A stretch of DNA of 64,000 nt from an uncultured delta proteobacterium (lineage in GTDB: Bacteria; Desulfobacterota; Binatia; Binatales; Binataceae). Of the stretch, positions 37,130 to 47,187 are shown in pieces. Location of the stretch: contig CAVQEQ010000001.1 in NCBI GenBank assembly GCA_963711565.1, positions 192,001 through 256,000 on the forward strand, in the 5' to 3' direction. How positions within the stretch are numbered: the stretch's first letter is position 1; each line of letters starts with the position of its first letter. The notes under the pieces are model-generated. The model was not told the origin of the DNA. It searched no databases and saw only the letters and a program-made list of their open reading frames with translations. The position numbers were made by a program, and so were the translations under genes.

Positions 37130-37711
37130 TCACCCCTGCTTCGAGTCGAGCAGTTGCTGCAATGCGTCCCTGACGTTGGGGCGCGACCAGTCGAATGCAC
37201 CCATGTGGTGCGCGACGATCTGCCCCTTGCGATCGATTATGAACGTTTCGGGCACGCCGCTTATTTCGTAACTTTCCATCATCTTGTTCTCGGGGTCGAG
37301 CAGGATTGTGAAGCGGTACCCGTTCTTGGCGACGTACGGCGCGACGGCCGCGCGGCCCTTAACGTCCTGGCTGACCGCGAGCATCACGAAATCCTTGTTG
37401 TTCTTGAAGTCGTCGTACAGCGTCTGCATCGAAGGCATTTCCTCGCGGCACGGTTCGCACCAGGTTGCCCACACGTTCAGAAATACGACTTTGCCGCGCA
37501 GCGATTCGAGCGAGACGGTCGTGCCGTCCAGCTTCTCGAGGTTGAAGTTCGCCGCCTGGCTGCCGGCTGCCACGGGAGCCTCGGACTCCCCACTGATTTG
37601 AGACGGAGACTCGATGCGCGCGCCGCGATGCCCGCTCAGCACGATCAGCGCGAGGCCGGTAAGCACGACGATGCCCGCGACCAGGTAGAGGATTCTGTCC
37701 TTGATCTCCAT
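37130..37711 (-). CDS. TlpA/ResA family thiol-disulfide reductase
   Basis: N-terminal TM, WATWCEPC, GVPETF. Confidence 0.92.
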   Translation of the reverse strand: MEIKDRILYLVAGIVVLTGLALIVLSGHRGARIESPSQISGESEAPVAAGSQAANFNLEKLDGTTVSLESLRGKVVFLNVWATWCEPCREEMPSMQTLYDDFKNNKDFVMLAVSQDVKGRAAVAPYVAKNGYRFTILLDPENKMMESYEISGVPETFIIDRKGQIVAHHMGAFDWSRPNVRDALQQLLDSKQG

Positions 37712-37716
37712 CGATA

Positions 37717-38581
37717 TCAGGCGCTTGCCGCGCCTACCGCCGCCCGACTTTCCTTTTCGCCCTGACCTGTAGCTGCATGGTCTTTTTCCCGAGTGAGGAT
37801 CAACGCGACGCCGCCGATGACCATCATCGCGAACGCAATCAGTTGCGCCTCACTGAACATATAGAAGACTCGCGGATTGATGCGCACGAACTCGACGAGA
37901 AAGCGCGCGGCCCCGCCGAGCAACAGGTACCAATACATAATGCGGCCGGCTGGATGAGAACGTCCTGCGCATCGACCACAGTATTGTAAACACGCCGATA
38001 TAGAGAATTGTTTCGTAGATCGGCGCCGGGTGGACACGGACACCGGGGAAGTACCCCGATACGAGTTGATAATGCTCGTCCAGCTTCAGAACAGTCTGCG
38101 GCCCCCAGCCGACGATCGCGTTTGGATAGGACATCGCCCACGGCAACGTGGACGGCAGCCCCCAGTCGCCATCGCCGGAGAGCAGGCATCCGATTCTGCC
38201 GATTGCCTGCCCGATTGCGAGCGCGGGTCCGCACATGTCCATCGTCACGCCAAACCCGATTCGATACCACCGCGACACGAAGTAAGCGCCGAGGAGTCCG
38301 CCGATCATGCCGCCGTAAAAGACGAAGCCCGAGCCCGAAAAAATCATCAACCTGGGATCGGCGAGGTAAGTCGGCAGGTCGTCCAGGATTGCGTAAAGGC
38401 GCGATCCGATCAGCCCCGCGACGGCGGCCACGATTACGATCGACGACGAATATTCGGGGTCGAGGCCACGCCGGATGCATTCGAGGCGGATAACGTAGTC
38501 AGCCGCCAGAAATCCCAGCGCCATCATCAGCCCGTAGCTGTAAACGGTCAGCGGGCCCAGGTGGAACAAGACAGGAATCAT
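37717..38581 (-). pseudogene. lgt: Prolipoprotein diacylglyceryl transferase with a 1-nt frameshift near 37960
   Basis: YGLM, FYGG, IGRIGC, HPAPIYE in one frame; RFLVEFVR and the last TM in another; removing one T joins them. Confidence 0.8.
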
Positions 38582-38682
38582 TGTTGGTTCAGATTATAGT
38601 ACGCGAGCGCCCTCGCCGACCACAGAGGCTTTCGCCTTGCGGTTGGCGGGGGCGAGGAGGCTCTCTACTATATGACGCAAGT

Positions 38683-39126
38683 ATGCGGGCAGTTGTTCAA
38701 CGGGTCAGCCGCGCCGAGGTGCGTATCGACGAGCGGGTCGTCGGCAAAATTGCGCGAGGATTCGTCGTGCTGCTCGGAGTTGCCGGCGGCGACAACGAGG
38801 CCGACGCGGCTCATCTCGTCGATAGAATCGTCGGGATGCGCGTCTTCGCCGACGACGCAGGCAAGATGAATCTGTCGATTGCGCAGGCCGGCGAACTGCT
38901 GGTCGTGTCGCAGTTCACGTTGATCGCCGACACCAACTCCGGCCGGCGGCCGTCGTTCATCAAAGCGGCGGCGCCGGAAGACGCGCGCCGCCTGTACGAT
39001 CACTTTGTCTCGCTCGCGCGGACCCGCGATGTTAAAGTCGAGACAGGAAAGTTCGGCGCGACGATGGAAGTAGATCTCGTCAACGACGGCCCTGTGACGA
39101 TCATCCTCGACAGTCGTGAGAAATAA
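38683..39126 (+). CDS. dtd: D-aminoacyl-tRNA deacylase
   Basis: MRAVVQRV, VSQFTL, GRRPSF, NDGPVT. Confidence 0.96.
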   Translation: MRAVVQRVSRAEVRIDERVVGKIARGFVVLLGVAGGDNEADAAHLVDRIVGMRVFADDAGKMNLSIAQAGELLVVSQFTLIADTNSGRRPSFIKAAAPEDARRLYDHFVSLARTRDVKVETGKFGATMEVDLVNDGPVTIILDSREK

Positions 39127-39132
39127 GAAATA

Positions 39133-39606
39133 ATGCCGCGAGCGGGTTTCTATACGGTCGAATCGGGGAAGATCTCGTTTCGGCGCGACGGCAATTGGTA
39201 CAGCGACGACGAGCGGATCGACAACCCGCGCATCGCGCTGCTATTCAGCCAGAGCATCAAGCGCAATCCCGACGGCAGCTACTATCTGCAAGTCGCGGAG
39301 GAACGCGCGCCGATCACCGTTGAGGACACGCCGTACGTCGTGAAGGCGCTCGAGGATGACGAGCTGGGGGGATTCGTGATGATCCTCAACGACGACACTC
39401 GCGAGCCGCTCGATCCCGCCGCGCTCGAAGTTGGCGCGAACAACGTGATGTACGCGCGGGTCAAGGGCGGCGACGCTCGCGCGCGGTTCCTGCGGTCGGC
39501 GTACTACCATCTGAGCGACCGCTTCGAGTCCGACGACACCGGCCGCTTCTACCTCAATCTCAGGGGCCGTCGGTATCCGCTCGGCGGCGCGGCTGTCAGC
39601 AACTGA
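39133..39606 (+). CDS. DUF1285-like protein
   Basis: DG.W......I......LF, I.VEDTP.V motifs. Confidence 0.7.
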   Translation: MPRAGFYTVESGKISFRRDGNWYSDDERIDNPRIALLFSQSIKRNPDGSYYLQVAEERAPITVEDTPYVVKALEDDELGGFVMILNDDTREPLDPAALEVGANNVMYARVKGGDARARFLRSAYYHLSDRFESDDTGRFYLNLRGRRYPLGGAAVSN

Positions 39607-39608
39607 CG

Positions 39609-40094
39609 ATGGATTTAGTCGAGCCGAATCTGCACATCGTCCTGGTGCGTCCCGAGATTCCGCAGAACACGGGATCGATCGCGCGGCTGGCAGCGGCAGT
39701 CAAAGCGCGTCTTCACCTGGTCGGCCCGCTGGGATTCTCACTCGAGGATCGCTATCTGAAGCGAGCGGGGCTGGATTACTGGCCGCTGGTTGATTTGCGC
39801 ACTTACGAAGGGTGGAACCAGTTCGTCGCGACGCATCGCGATCCACCTTCGGCAAAATTCTTCTCGACGCATGCCGCCGCGTCCTATCTCGATGCGCACT
39901 ACAAGCTCGGCGATTTCCTGTTCTTCGGTGGCGAGACGAAAGGCCTCGGCAAGGAATTTCTGTCAGAGAGAACAGACCGCGTGTACAGGATTCCAATATT
40001 CGAGCCAGGCGTGCGCAGCCTGAATCTCTCCAACGCGGTATCGATCGTGGTGTACGAAGCGCTGCGCCAGACCGGCGCGCTCAGTTCTTCTTGA
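39609..40094 (+). CDS. trmL: tRNA (cytidine34-2'-O)-methyltransferase
   Basis: PEIPQNTG, RAGLDYW, RSLNLSN. Confidence 0.95.
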   Translation: MDLVEPNLHIVLVRPEIPQNTGSIARLAAAVKARLHLVGPLGFSLEDRYLKRAGLDYWPLVDLRTYEGWNQFVATHRDPPSAKFFSTHAAASYLDAHYKLGDFLFFGGETKGLGKEFLSERTDRVYRIPIFEPGVRSLNLSNAVSIVVYEALRQTGALSSS

Positions 40095-40314
40095 CGCCGC
40101 AACTGCCGCAGCCACTGCCGCAGCCGCCCTTCTCGTTCTCGGCGGGTGGCGGACCGAAGTAGTAGCCCGCCTGCTCGAGCTCGCCGGGCGAGACCCATTT
40201 GAGATTCTCGACAATGGGCGCATCGCAATGCACGCAGACGCGCCCTTCGTTGCCGTCCTCGTCGATCGCGACGTAGGTCAGCACCGACTTGCCGCACGCG
40301 GCGCAATCCGCCAT
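40081..40314 (-). CDS. Small zinc-ribbon protein with Cys-rich tail
   Basis: CAAC, CVHC, GCGSGCGSC. Confidence 0.7.
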   Translation of the reverse strand: MADCAACGKSVLTYVAIDEDGNEGRVCVHCDAPIVENLKWVSPGELEQAGYYFGPPPAENEKGGCGSGCGSCGVKKN

Positions 40315-40404
40315 CGGAAATGAACTATCGCGAAGCGAAAGTAGGGGCGTGGGCATCGAACTCCACATTACACGATTGTAAGTGAAATTCGATGCCTCGC
40401 TTGG

Positions 40405-40737
40405 TCAGCCGCGATGCTGCGCGTCGCCGTGCGCTTCATGCGCTACAGCGTGTCCGCCAGCAACCCCATGGCCTGCGGCATAGCCATGACCTACATAGCC
40501 ATGACCTACATAGTCATGACCGTATCCATGCGCGAAACCATAATGGTCATAGCCCCATGGATGTCCGCCAACGTAGGCCGGACCAAACATCGAGGGCCCG
40601 TAGGCATATGTCGGGTATCCACCTCCATAACCGCCGCCACCCCATCCGCCGCCTGGACCGTAGAAGCAGCCCTGCGCTGTAAACATGAAGAATACGAGCG
40701 ACAGAGCGCCAAGTGTTGTGTAGATTTTGCGTTTCAT
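40405..40737 (-). CDS. Gly/His/Tyr-rich lipoprotein
   Basis: MKRKIY..AQGC lipobox, GHGYV tandem repeats, GAGG SD. Confidence 0.75.
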   Translation of the reverse strand: MKRKIYTTLGALSLVFFMFTAQGCFYGPGGGWGGGGYGGGYPTYAYGPSMFGPAYVGGHPWGYDHYGFAHGYGHDYVGHGYVGHGYAAGHGVAGGHAVAHEAHGDAQHRG

Positions 40738-40907
40738 AAGCTCTGTGCCTCTATGTAGTAGACGTTGAAACGGTCGGTCAGGATACGGAGGCGAAGGAGT
40801 GACGAACATGCCTGGAACAGTGCGATAAATCAAATAGTTAGAATGACCGAACAATGAAAAATAGTCGGTTTGGGTCTGTTGTAATTCTTGCAACTTGCGA
40901 AGCAGCT

Positions 40908-41819
40908 CTACTGACGCCGATAAGGTTCGCCCAGAGCGCTGGGCGCGGCCGCCTGTCCACCGAAGGCCGCCAGCACCACGATGGTCAGCGCATACGGGAG
41001 CGCGAGAAACAGCTGGTACGGTACGACGGTGCCGAGCGCCTGGAGTCCGAACTGCAAAGCCATCGCGGCGCCGAATAGTAATGATGCGGCGGCGAGGCCC
41101 CATGAATTCCAGCGACCGACGATCACCACCGACAGCGCGACGAAGCCGCGGCCGGCCGAGATGTTCTCGACGAAGGTGTTGGCGTACGCAAGCGTCAGGA
41201 ACGCGCCGGCTAATCCTGTCAGCGCACCCGACACGATCAGCGCCTGCCATCGCGTCGCGATTACGCCGAGGCCGAGCGCGTCGGCCGCTTCGGGACGCTC
41301 GCCGCAAGCGCGCAGACGAAGGCCGTAGCGCGTGTGGGCGATCAGATACCAGAGCACGGGCACGAGGAGGAACGTCAAATACACAAGCGCGTTGTGATCG
41401 AAGAGCACCGGGCCGAGGATTGGGATTCGCGCGAGCGGACCGAGCGGAAGTTTTGCGATCGGCGCCACCATGAACGCCTTGCCGGTCACGCCGAACAGCT
41501 TGCGATAGAAGACGCCCGTCAGTCCGAGCGCGAGGATACTGACGGCGGTGCCGGTGACGACCTGGTTGACGGCGAGATTGACGACGAGGAACGCGAAGAT
41601 CGCATTGATCGCGACGCCCGCCCCGATTGCGCCCACAATCCCTAAGCCATCACTGCCGCTGAAGTACGCGATCGTGAGCGCGGCGAACGCACCGGCAAGC
41701 ATCGCGCCTTCGATACCGATATTGACGACACCGCTCTCCTCGACCAGCAGCTCGCCCAACGCGGCGAGCAGGATCGGCGTCGCCATCGTGATCACGGAGA
41801 CCAGGAACGCTTCAAGCAT
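40908..41819 (-). CDS. ABC transporter permease (nucleoside/CUT2 type)
   Basis: ESGVVNIGIEG, GRGFVAL, ALPY. Confidence 0.9.
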   Translation of the reverse strand: MLEAFLVSVITMATPILLAALGELLVEESGVVNIGIEGAMLAGAFAALTIAYFSGSDGLGIVGAIGAGVAINAIFAFLVVNLAVNQVVTGTAVSILALGLTGVFYRKLFGVTGKAFMVAPIAKLPLGPLARIPILGPVLFDHNALVYLTFLLVPVLWYLIAHTRYGLRLRACGERPEAADALGLGVIATRWQALIVSGALTGLAGAFLTLAYANTFVENISAGRGFVALSVVIVGRWNSWGLAAASLLFGAAMALQFGLQALGTVVPYQLFLALPYALTIVVLAAFGGQAAAPSALGEPYRRQ

Positions 41820-42891
41820 CCGGCATCTCCGCGACCGGCGGCACCGCGGCGGCGTCGTCACCAGATGCACCGAAGATCTGCTCGCGCAGGCCGGTCCACG
41901 CAGGAGTGTCGAAGGCGAGGATGATCAAAATCACGAGACCCTGGATCACCTGCACCAGCTCGGGCGAGATTCCCTGCGTGCGCTGCATCGCCTGCGAGCC
42001 GTTGTCGAGTGCGCCGAAGAGAAGAGCGGCGGGAACGATCGCGAGCGGATTCAGGCGCGCCACCAATGCGACTGCGATCGCCTCGAAGCCCCATCCGGGC
42101 GAGAGCTTCTCGTACAGGCGATGCGAAATCGCGGAGACCTGGACGGCGCCACCCAGCCCGGCGAGTGCTCCCGACAGCGCCATCACCCAAACCGTGAGCG
42201 CCGGGATGCGCACGCCGAAGAACGTCGCGGCGCGGCGGTTGCGGCCCATCGCGCGCAGCTCGAAACCGGCGCTGGTGTTGAACAACAGCATGTAGCATGC
42301 GGCGGCGAGGACGACGGCGAGAATCATGCCGAGGTTGAGGCGACTCGGCGCAAAGTAAAATTCGAGTTCCGCCGCCAATGCGATCGGCGAGCTGGTGGGA
42401 TACGCGCCCGACGGTTCCATCAGCGGGCCGTGCACCATCCAACTGAGCATCTGCACGGCGACGAAGTTGAGCATGATCGTGCTGATGACTTCGTTGACGT
42501 CACGTCGAGCGCGGAGCCATCCCGCGACACCGCCCCAGGCTGCGCCGCCAAGCGCACCGGCGGCGAGGATGATCGCGATTGCGATCGAATGCGGAAAATC
42601 CTCGAGATGCGTCCCGATCGCGCCGGCTGCGATTGCGCCGATCGTCAGCTGGCCGTCGGCGCCGATATTCCATAGCGCGCCCGAGAATGCGATCGAGACC
42701 GCCAGTCCGGTGAAAATCAGCGGCGTGGATTTCACGAGCGTATCCACGCACGCGTACCAGCTTCCGAATGCGCCTTCGCCGAGCGCGGCGAACACGCCGA
42801 TTGGAGACGCGCCGAGAGCGGCGAGGACTATCGAGATAAGCGCGGCGGCGAGAGCCAGCGCCGCGAACGGCTTTGCAATCGAGGACAGCAT
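41812..42891 (-). CDS. ABC transporter permease (nucleoside/CUT2 type)
   Basis: NIGADGQ, NEVISTIMLN, GFELRAMG. Confidence 0.9.
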   Translation of the reverse strand: MLSSIAKPFAALALAAALISIVLAALGASPIGVFAALGEGAFGSWYACVDTLVKSTPLIFTGLAVSIAFSGALWNIGADGQLTIGAIAAGAIGTHLEDFPHSIAIAIILAAGALGGAAWGGVAGWLRARRDVNEVISTIMLNFVAVQMLSWMVHGPLMEPSGAYPTSSPIALAAELEFYFAPSRLNLGMILAVVLAAACYMLLFNTSAGFELRAMGRNRRAATFFGVRIPALTVWVMALSGALAGLGGAVQVSAISHRLYEKLSPGWGFEAIAVALVARLNPLAIVPAALLFGALDNGSQAMQRTQGISPELVQVIQGLVILIILAFDTPAWTGLREQIFGASGDDAAAVPPVAEMPDA

Positions 42892-44348
42892 CAGTCGCGC
42901 GCCCCGGCCATCAGCAGGCCCAGGCGCTCGGGATCGCGCTCGCCGGGGCTGGTCTCGCGAATCTTGCCGCTGCTGATAATCAGCAGGCGTCCGCAGATCG
43001 CGAGCAACTCGTCGAGGTCGCTGGATATCAGCAGCACCGCGCCGCCGGACGCGGCGAAGTCGAGAATCGTGCGATGCACTTCGGCGGTCGCACCGAGGTC
43101 GAGGCCGCGGCAGATATTGTGCGCGACGATTACTTGCGGGCGCGACGCGATCGCGCGCGCCACTTCCAGCCGCTGGCGATTGCCGCCGGAAAGCGCGCCG
43201 GCAATAGTGTCGGGACCCGGCGCGCGAATCCTGAAACGCTCGATAAGGTTGCGGGAGAGATCGATCGCGCGCGCGGTGTTCAGCCATCCGCTCGACGTGA
43301 CCTGCTCCCGGAGCGGACGCGCGAGGATCAGATTTTCCCACAGCCGCATGTCGAGGATGAGTCCGTCGAGATCGCGATTCTGCGGTATCACCGCCATCGC
43401 ACCGCTCGACGCTATCTGTCCGCCGCTCGGCTTGCGTACTCCCGCGAGCAACTCGACCAGTTCGGTCTGGCCGTTGCCGTCAACGCCGGCAATTCCCGCA
43501 ACTTCGCCGGCGGCGACGCAAAACGAAAGTTGATCGAGAATCTTGCGGCCGGTGCGATCGTCAAGCGTCAGATTTTCGATCTGAAGCACTGGCGCACCCG
43601 GATTCGCAGTCGCCGGACGAGCGGGCTGAGTCACAAGCTCGCCAATCATCAGGCCCGCCAGTTTTTCCTCGGTGGTCTCGGCTGGAGTCGTGCGCGCGAC
43701 TACGCGGCCGCGGCGGAGCACGGTGATTCGATCGGCGACTGCGATCGCCTCGGCCAGCTTGTGAGTGATCAGCACCACTATTCGGCCCTCGCCGCGCAGG
43801 TTGCGCAGCAAGTCGAGGAAGGCGGTCAGCTGCGATGGCGCGAGCACGCTGGTCGGCTCGTCCAGAATCAGCACGCGCGGGTTGAAGCTGAGAGCGCGCA
43901 GCACTTCGAGGCGGACGCGCTCGGCAACCGAACGATTCTCGACCGTAGTGCCGGCGGGCGGTAGATCGAATCCAAGATTCGCGGCGAGCGTGCGCGCGCG
44001 TGCGGCAACGTCCGCAAGATCGAGCAATTCGGTACCAGTATCGAAACCGCCGAGCGCGAGATTTTCCTCCCACGTCATCCGCTCGAACAGCATCGGGCTC
44101 TGATGCACCGCCGCGATCCCCGCCTCAAGAGCCGCGCGCGGCGAGCCCGCCTGTAGTGGGACGTCGTCGAGCATGGCTTCACCGTTGTCGGGCGCGAGCG
44201 AGCCGGCCAGCACGTTCATCAGCGTCGTCTTGCCGGCGCCGTTTTCACCGACCAAGGCGTGAATCTCGCCGGGACGCGCCTCGAAATCGACGCGGTCGAG
44301 CGCGAGCGTGCGGCCGAAGCGCTTGGTTATGGCGATTGCGCGAAGCAA
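42891..44348 (-). CDS. ABC transporter ATP-binding protein (double NBD)
   Basis: GENGAGKTT, ILDEPT, LSGGNRQR. Confidence 0.92.
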   Translation of the reverse strand: MLRAIAITKRFGRTLALDRVDFEARPGEIHALVGENGAGKTTLMNVLAGSLAPDNGEAMLDDVPLQAGSPRAALEAGIAAVHQSPMLFERMTWEENLALGGFDTGTELLDLADVAARARTLAANLGFDLPPAGTTVENRSVAERVRLEVLRALSFNPRVLILDEPTSVLAPSQLTAFLDLLRNLRGEGRIVVLITHKLAEAIAVADRITVLRRGRVVARTTPAETTEEKLAGLMIGELVTQPARPATANPGAPVLQIENLTLDDRTGRKILDQLSFCVAAGEVAGIAGVDGNGQTELVELLAGVRKPSGGQIASSGAMAVIPQNRDLDGLILDMRLWENLILARPLREQVTSSGWLNTARAIDLSRNLIERFRIRAPGPDTIAGALSGGNRQRLEVARAIASRPQVIVAHNICRGLDLGATAEVHRTILDFAASGGAVLLISSDLDELLAICGRLLIISSGKIRETSPGERDPERLGLLMAGARD

Positions 44349-45671
44349 CTACGCGGCGTTCACGCCGTAATGCGCGCGGACGTATTCGAGCGCGGCTTCG
44401 CGGGTTTCGAGCGCGCCGTCGAGCTGATGATCCTCAACGTCCTTCAAAATTTCCTTGAAGCGCGGGCCTGGCGTGAATCCCAACTGCTTGAGGTCCTCGC
44501 CGCCGATCAAACGCGGCGGACGAATCTCGGCCGGCGTCATCGTCGCCATCGCGTGGCGGCAAAAGTGCCAGTAGCCGAGATACGAGCTCGACGCCATCGC
44601 GTCCATGAACGCGACGTCCATCAATTCGTCGAAGCCGTCCTCCGCGAGCATCCGCTTGAGCGTCGAGGGGCGCATCCGCGGCGCCATGCAGAGCTTCAAG
44701 TGATTCTTCACGAGGTACGCGACGCGCTCCTGCACGAAGCGCGAGCGCTTCAGCCGCGCGAGCATGTTGGCCGCCATCACCGCGCCGTCGTCGGTGTGCC
44801 CGTAGAACGTGACCTTGTCGCCGACGACCGCACGACATTTCGGCTTGGCGATATCGTGCAGCAGGATTCCGAACGCGACGGTCTCGCTGCACCCAGCGGG
44901 CAGCATCGCGACGCCAATCCGCGTATGCGTATAAACGTCGCCCTCGGGATGGAAATTTTCGGGCTGCGCGCATCCGCGCATGCGGACGACCTCGGGCAGC
45001 AGGATTTGCATCAAGCCGCTGTCCATCATCAGATCTATCGCGCGCGCGGGCGCACCCTCAGTCATCATCATGACGATTTCTTCGCCGATTCGCTCGGCTG
45101 CGACATCGACAATCGTCGGCGCCGCACGCTTCATCGCAGCCCAGGTCGCGGGATCGATCGTGAAGTTGAGCCTCGCGGCGAAGCGGGCGGCGCGCAAGAT
45201 GCGCAGATGGTCCTCCTCGAAGCGGTCGTGGGGATTTCCGATGGCGCGGATGATTCCGGCGCGTAGATCGCGCATCCCGCCGACCAGATCGATCAGGCGA
45301 TCGGCGATCGGATCGTAAAACATCCCGCCGATGGTGAAGTCGCGGCGAAGAGCGTCTTCCTCGATCGCGCCGAAGCGCACCGACGACGGGCGGCGTCCGT
45401 CGGTATATTCCGCATCGGCGCGAAACGTCGCGACCTCAAACAGGTGATCGTCGATCAGCACGCCGATTACGCCGAACTTCGCGCCGACCGCGACGGTGCG
45501 GTCGAACATTTTCTGCACGACTTCGGGACGCGCGTCGGTCGCGATGTCGTAATCCTTGGGCTCAACACCGAGGATTCGATCGCGCACACATCCGCCGGCG
45601 AAAACGGCACGAAAGCCGGAATCGACAAGACGGCGGACGATATACAGCGCCTTTTGCTCTTTGTCGCTCAT
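44349..45671 (-). CDS. cca: CCA tRNA nucleotidyltransferase with HD domain
   Basis: GGCVRD..LG..PKDYD, RRDFT, EDHLRILR, LLHDIAK. Confidence 0.85.
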   Translation of the reverse strand: MSDKEQKALYIVRRLVDSGFRAVFAGGCVRDRILGVEPKDYDIATDARPEVVQKMFDRTVAVGAKFGVIGVLIDDHLFEVATFRADAEYTDGRRPSSVRFGAIEEDALRRDFTIGGMFYDPIADRLIDLVGGMRDLRAGIIRAIGNPHDRFEEDHLRILRAARFAARLNFTIDPATWAAMKRAAPTIVDVAAERIGEEIVMMMTEGAPARAIDLMMDSGLMQILLPEVVRMRGCAQPENFHPEGDVYTHTRIGVAMLPAGCSETVAFGILLHDIAKPKCRAVVGDKVTFYGHTDDGAVMAANMLARLKRSRFVQERVAYLVKNHLKLCMAPRMRPSTLKRMLAEDGFDELMDVAFMDAMASSSYLGYWHFCRHAMATMTPAEIRPPRLIGGEDLKQLGFTPGPRFKEILKDVEDHQLDGALETREAALEYVRAHYGVNAA

Positions 45672-45697
45672 GATCGATGCGACTCTCCAATCGTGGA

Positions 45698-45763
45698 TGA
45701 TTGTATGTGAAACCCGCGGTGGGTTTCACGCTTCCTTCGGCAGGGGTGACCCCTGCACCCACT
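45698..45763. repeat. REP-like element family A, subtype 2
   Basis: GTGAAACCC..GGGTTTCAC plus palindrome 45740-45756; reverse of the 8117 and 22975 copies. Confidence 0.85.
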
Positions 45764-45779
45764 AGAAGAGGTCAGGAGG

Positions 45780-46853
45780 TTACGCGGCTTCTTTTCTGCT
45801 GCCTGAGTATTCCTTTCTATAGACGCGCAGCAGGGCCGCGAACACCGACATGATTGCGGGGCCGAGGAACAGGCCGAGCGGGCCGTAGGCTTCGAGGCCA
45901 CCGAGGATTCCCAGGAACAGCGCGATCGTCGGCAGACCGGTGCCGTGCTTCATCGCGAGCGGCTTGATGAAGTTGTCGATGACAGCGAGCGCGATCGAAC
46001 TCCAGATGACCAGGCCGACCGCCGCCGACCAGCTCGAGGCAAAGCCGAGGTAGATCGTCGCGGGAATCCATACCAGCGCGGTGCCGCCGATTGGCATCAG
46101 GCCCGCGGCCGCCGACGCGATCGCGAGGAACAGCCAGTACGGCACGCCGAAGATCAGCATGCCCAAGCCGATCGTCACACCCTGCAACACGGCGGTCAGC
46201 ATCAGGCCGCGCATCACGGACGACAGCGTCGTGCGCAACGTGTCGAAGATCGCCGCCTTGTCGTCGTCATGCAGCGGGGTCAGGTCCTGCAAGCTGCGGT
46301 AGTAGAAATCACCGTCGCGCAGCATGTAGAAGAACGCGAGCAGCGCGATACCGAAATCGACGATGAAGCCAAAGATGTTCTTCGCGACTTGGGTCGCGTT
46401 CTTGGCGACGTAGTCGCTGGTTATCTGCGCGGCTTGCAGCGTGATCTTGGGCAGCTGCTCGCTGAGCTTGTAACCGCGCTCCCCCATCCGCTTGGCGACC
46501 CACGCGCCGAGGTCGGTGTTTACCGCCCAGTCCTGGAGCTTCGTCATTCCGCCATTGTTCACGGACGCCGAGGCTTGCGTGTAAAGCGTCTGAGCCTCGA
46601 CGACGAGGCGGCCCGATGCCCAGACGGCGGGCAGGATGACGACGAGGCTGACGACGACGCTGATGATCGCGGTCGAGAGCGAGCGGCGCTTGACGTATTT
46701 CTCGACTTCGATCAGCGCCGGATGCGCCATGAAGGCGAGCAGGATTCCCCATGCCAATGGCGTCAGGAATGGCAGCATCAGCTCGTACAGCTCGTAGGCC
46801 ATCACGGCCAGGAAGCCGAAGAAGAAGAGCTGCACGATGCGCTCGCGATCCAT
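45780..46853 (-). CDS. AI-2E family transporter
   Basis: Multi-TM, FFYMLRDG, DNFIKP, GLFLGP. Confidence 0.9.
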   Translation of the reverse strand: MDRERIVQLFFFGFLAVMAYELYELMLPFLTPLAWGILLAFMAHPALIEVEKYVKRRSLSTAIISVVVSLVVILPAVWASGRLVVEAQTLYTQASASVNNGGMTKLQDWAVNTDLGAWVAKRMGERGYKLSEQLPKITLQAAQITSDYVAKNATQVAKNIFGFIVDFGIALLAFFYMLRDGDFYYRSLQDLTPLHDDDKAAIFDTLRTTLSSVMRGLMLTAVLQGVTIGLGMLIFGVPYWLFLAIASAAAGLMPIGGTALVWIPATIYLGFASSWSAAVGLVIWSSIALAVIDNFIKPLAMKHGTGLPTIALFLGILGGLEAYGPLGLFLGPAIMSVFAALLRVYRKEYSGSRKEAA

Positions 46854-47041
46854 TTTCTGAGGCGTGACGATGCTCCTTGCGCGCGCGATACTCGGCGCGA
46901 AATCCTAGCAGATGGTCTCGCTACGGTCGCCTGCCGAACGGCGGCGAATCGTGCCGCACGACGCTTCGGTTGCCCGCGAGCGCGTAATCCGTTACCGTTG
47001 GCGTTTGCTTGATGTATCTAATCAATACCCCTCGCCCGTGA

Positions 47042-47116
47042 AGGCACGTAGCTCAGTGGGAGAGCGCTTCCTTGACACGGAAGAGGTCGGCGGTTCAATC
47101 CCGCCCGTGCCTACCA
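47042..47116 (+). tRNA. tRNA-Val (GAC)
   Basis: AGGCACG stem, CTTCC-TTGACAC-GGAAG arm, encoded CCA. Confidence 0.95.
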
Positions 47117-47187
47117 GGTCCGTGCCCACAGCCGCGCGCGCGATTTTCACTCCGCCAGTTCCCCGCAATGATTAGAATCTTCGCTTG

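Noticed and set aside
979-45763. Palindromic repeats as a CRISPR array or integron attC sites
   Set aside because: Copies are dispersed, have no regular spacers or GTTRRRY cores, and there is no cas or integrase gene.
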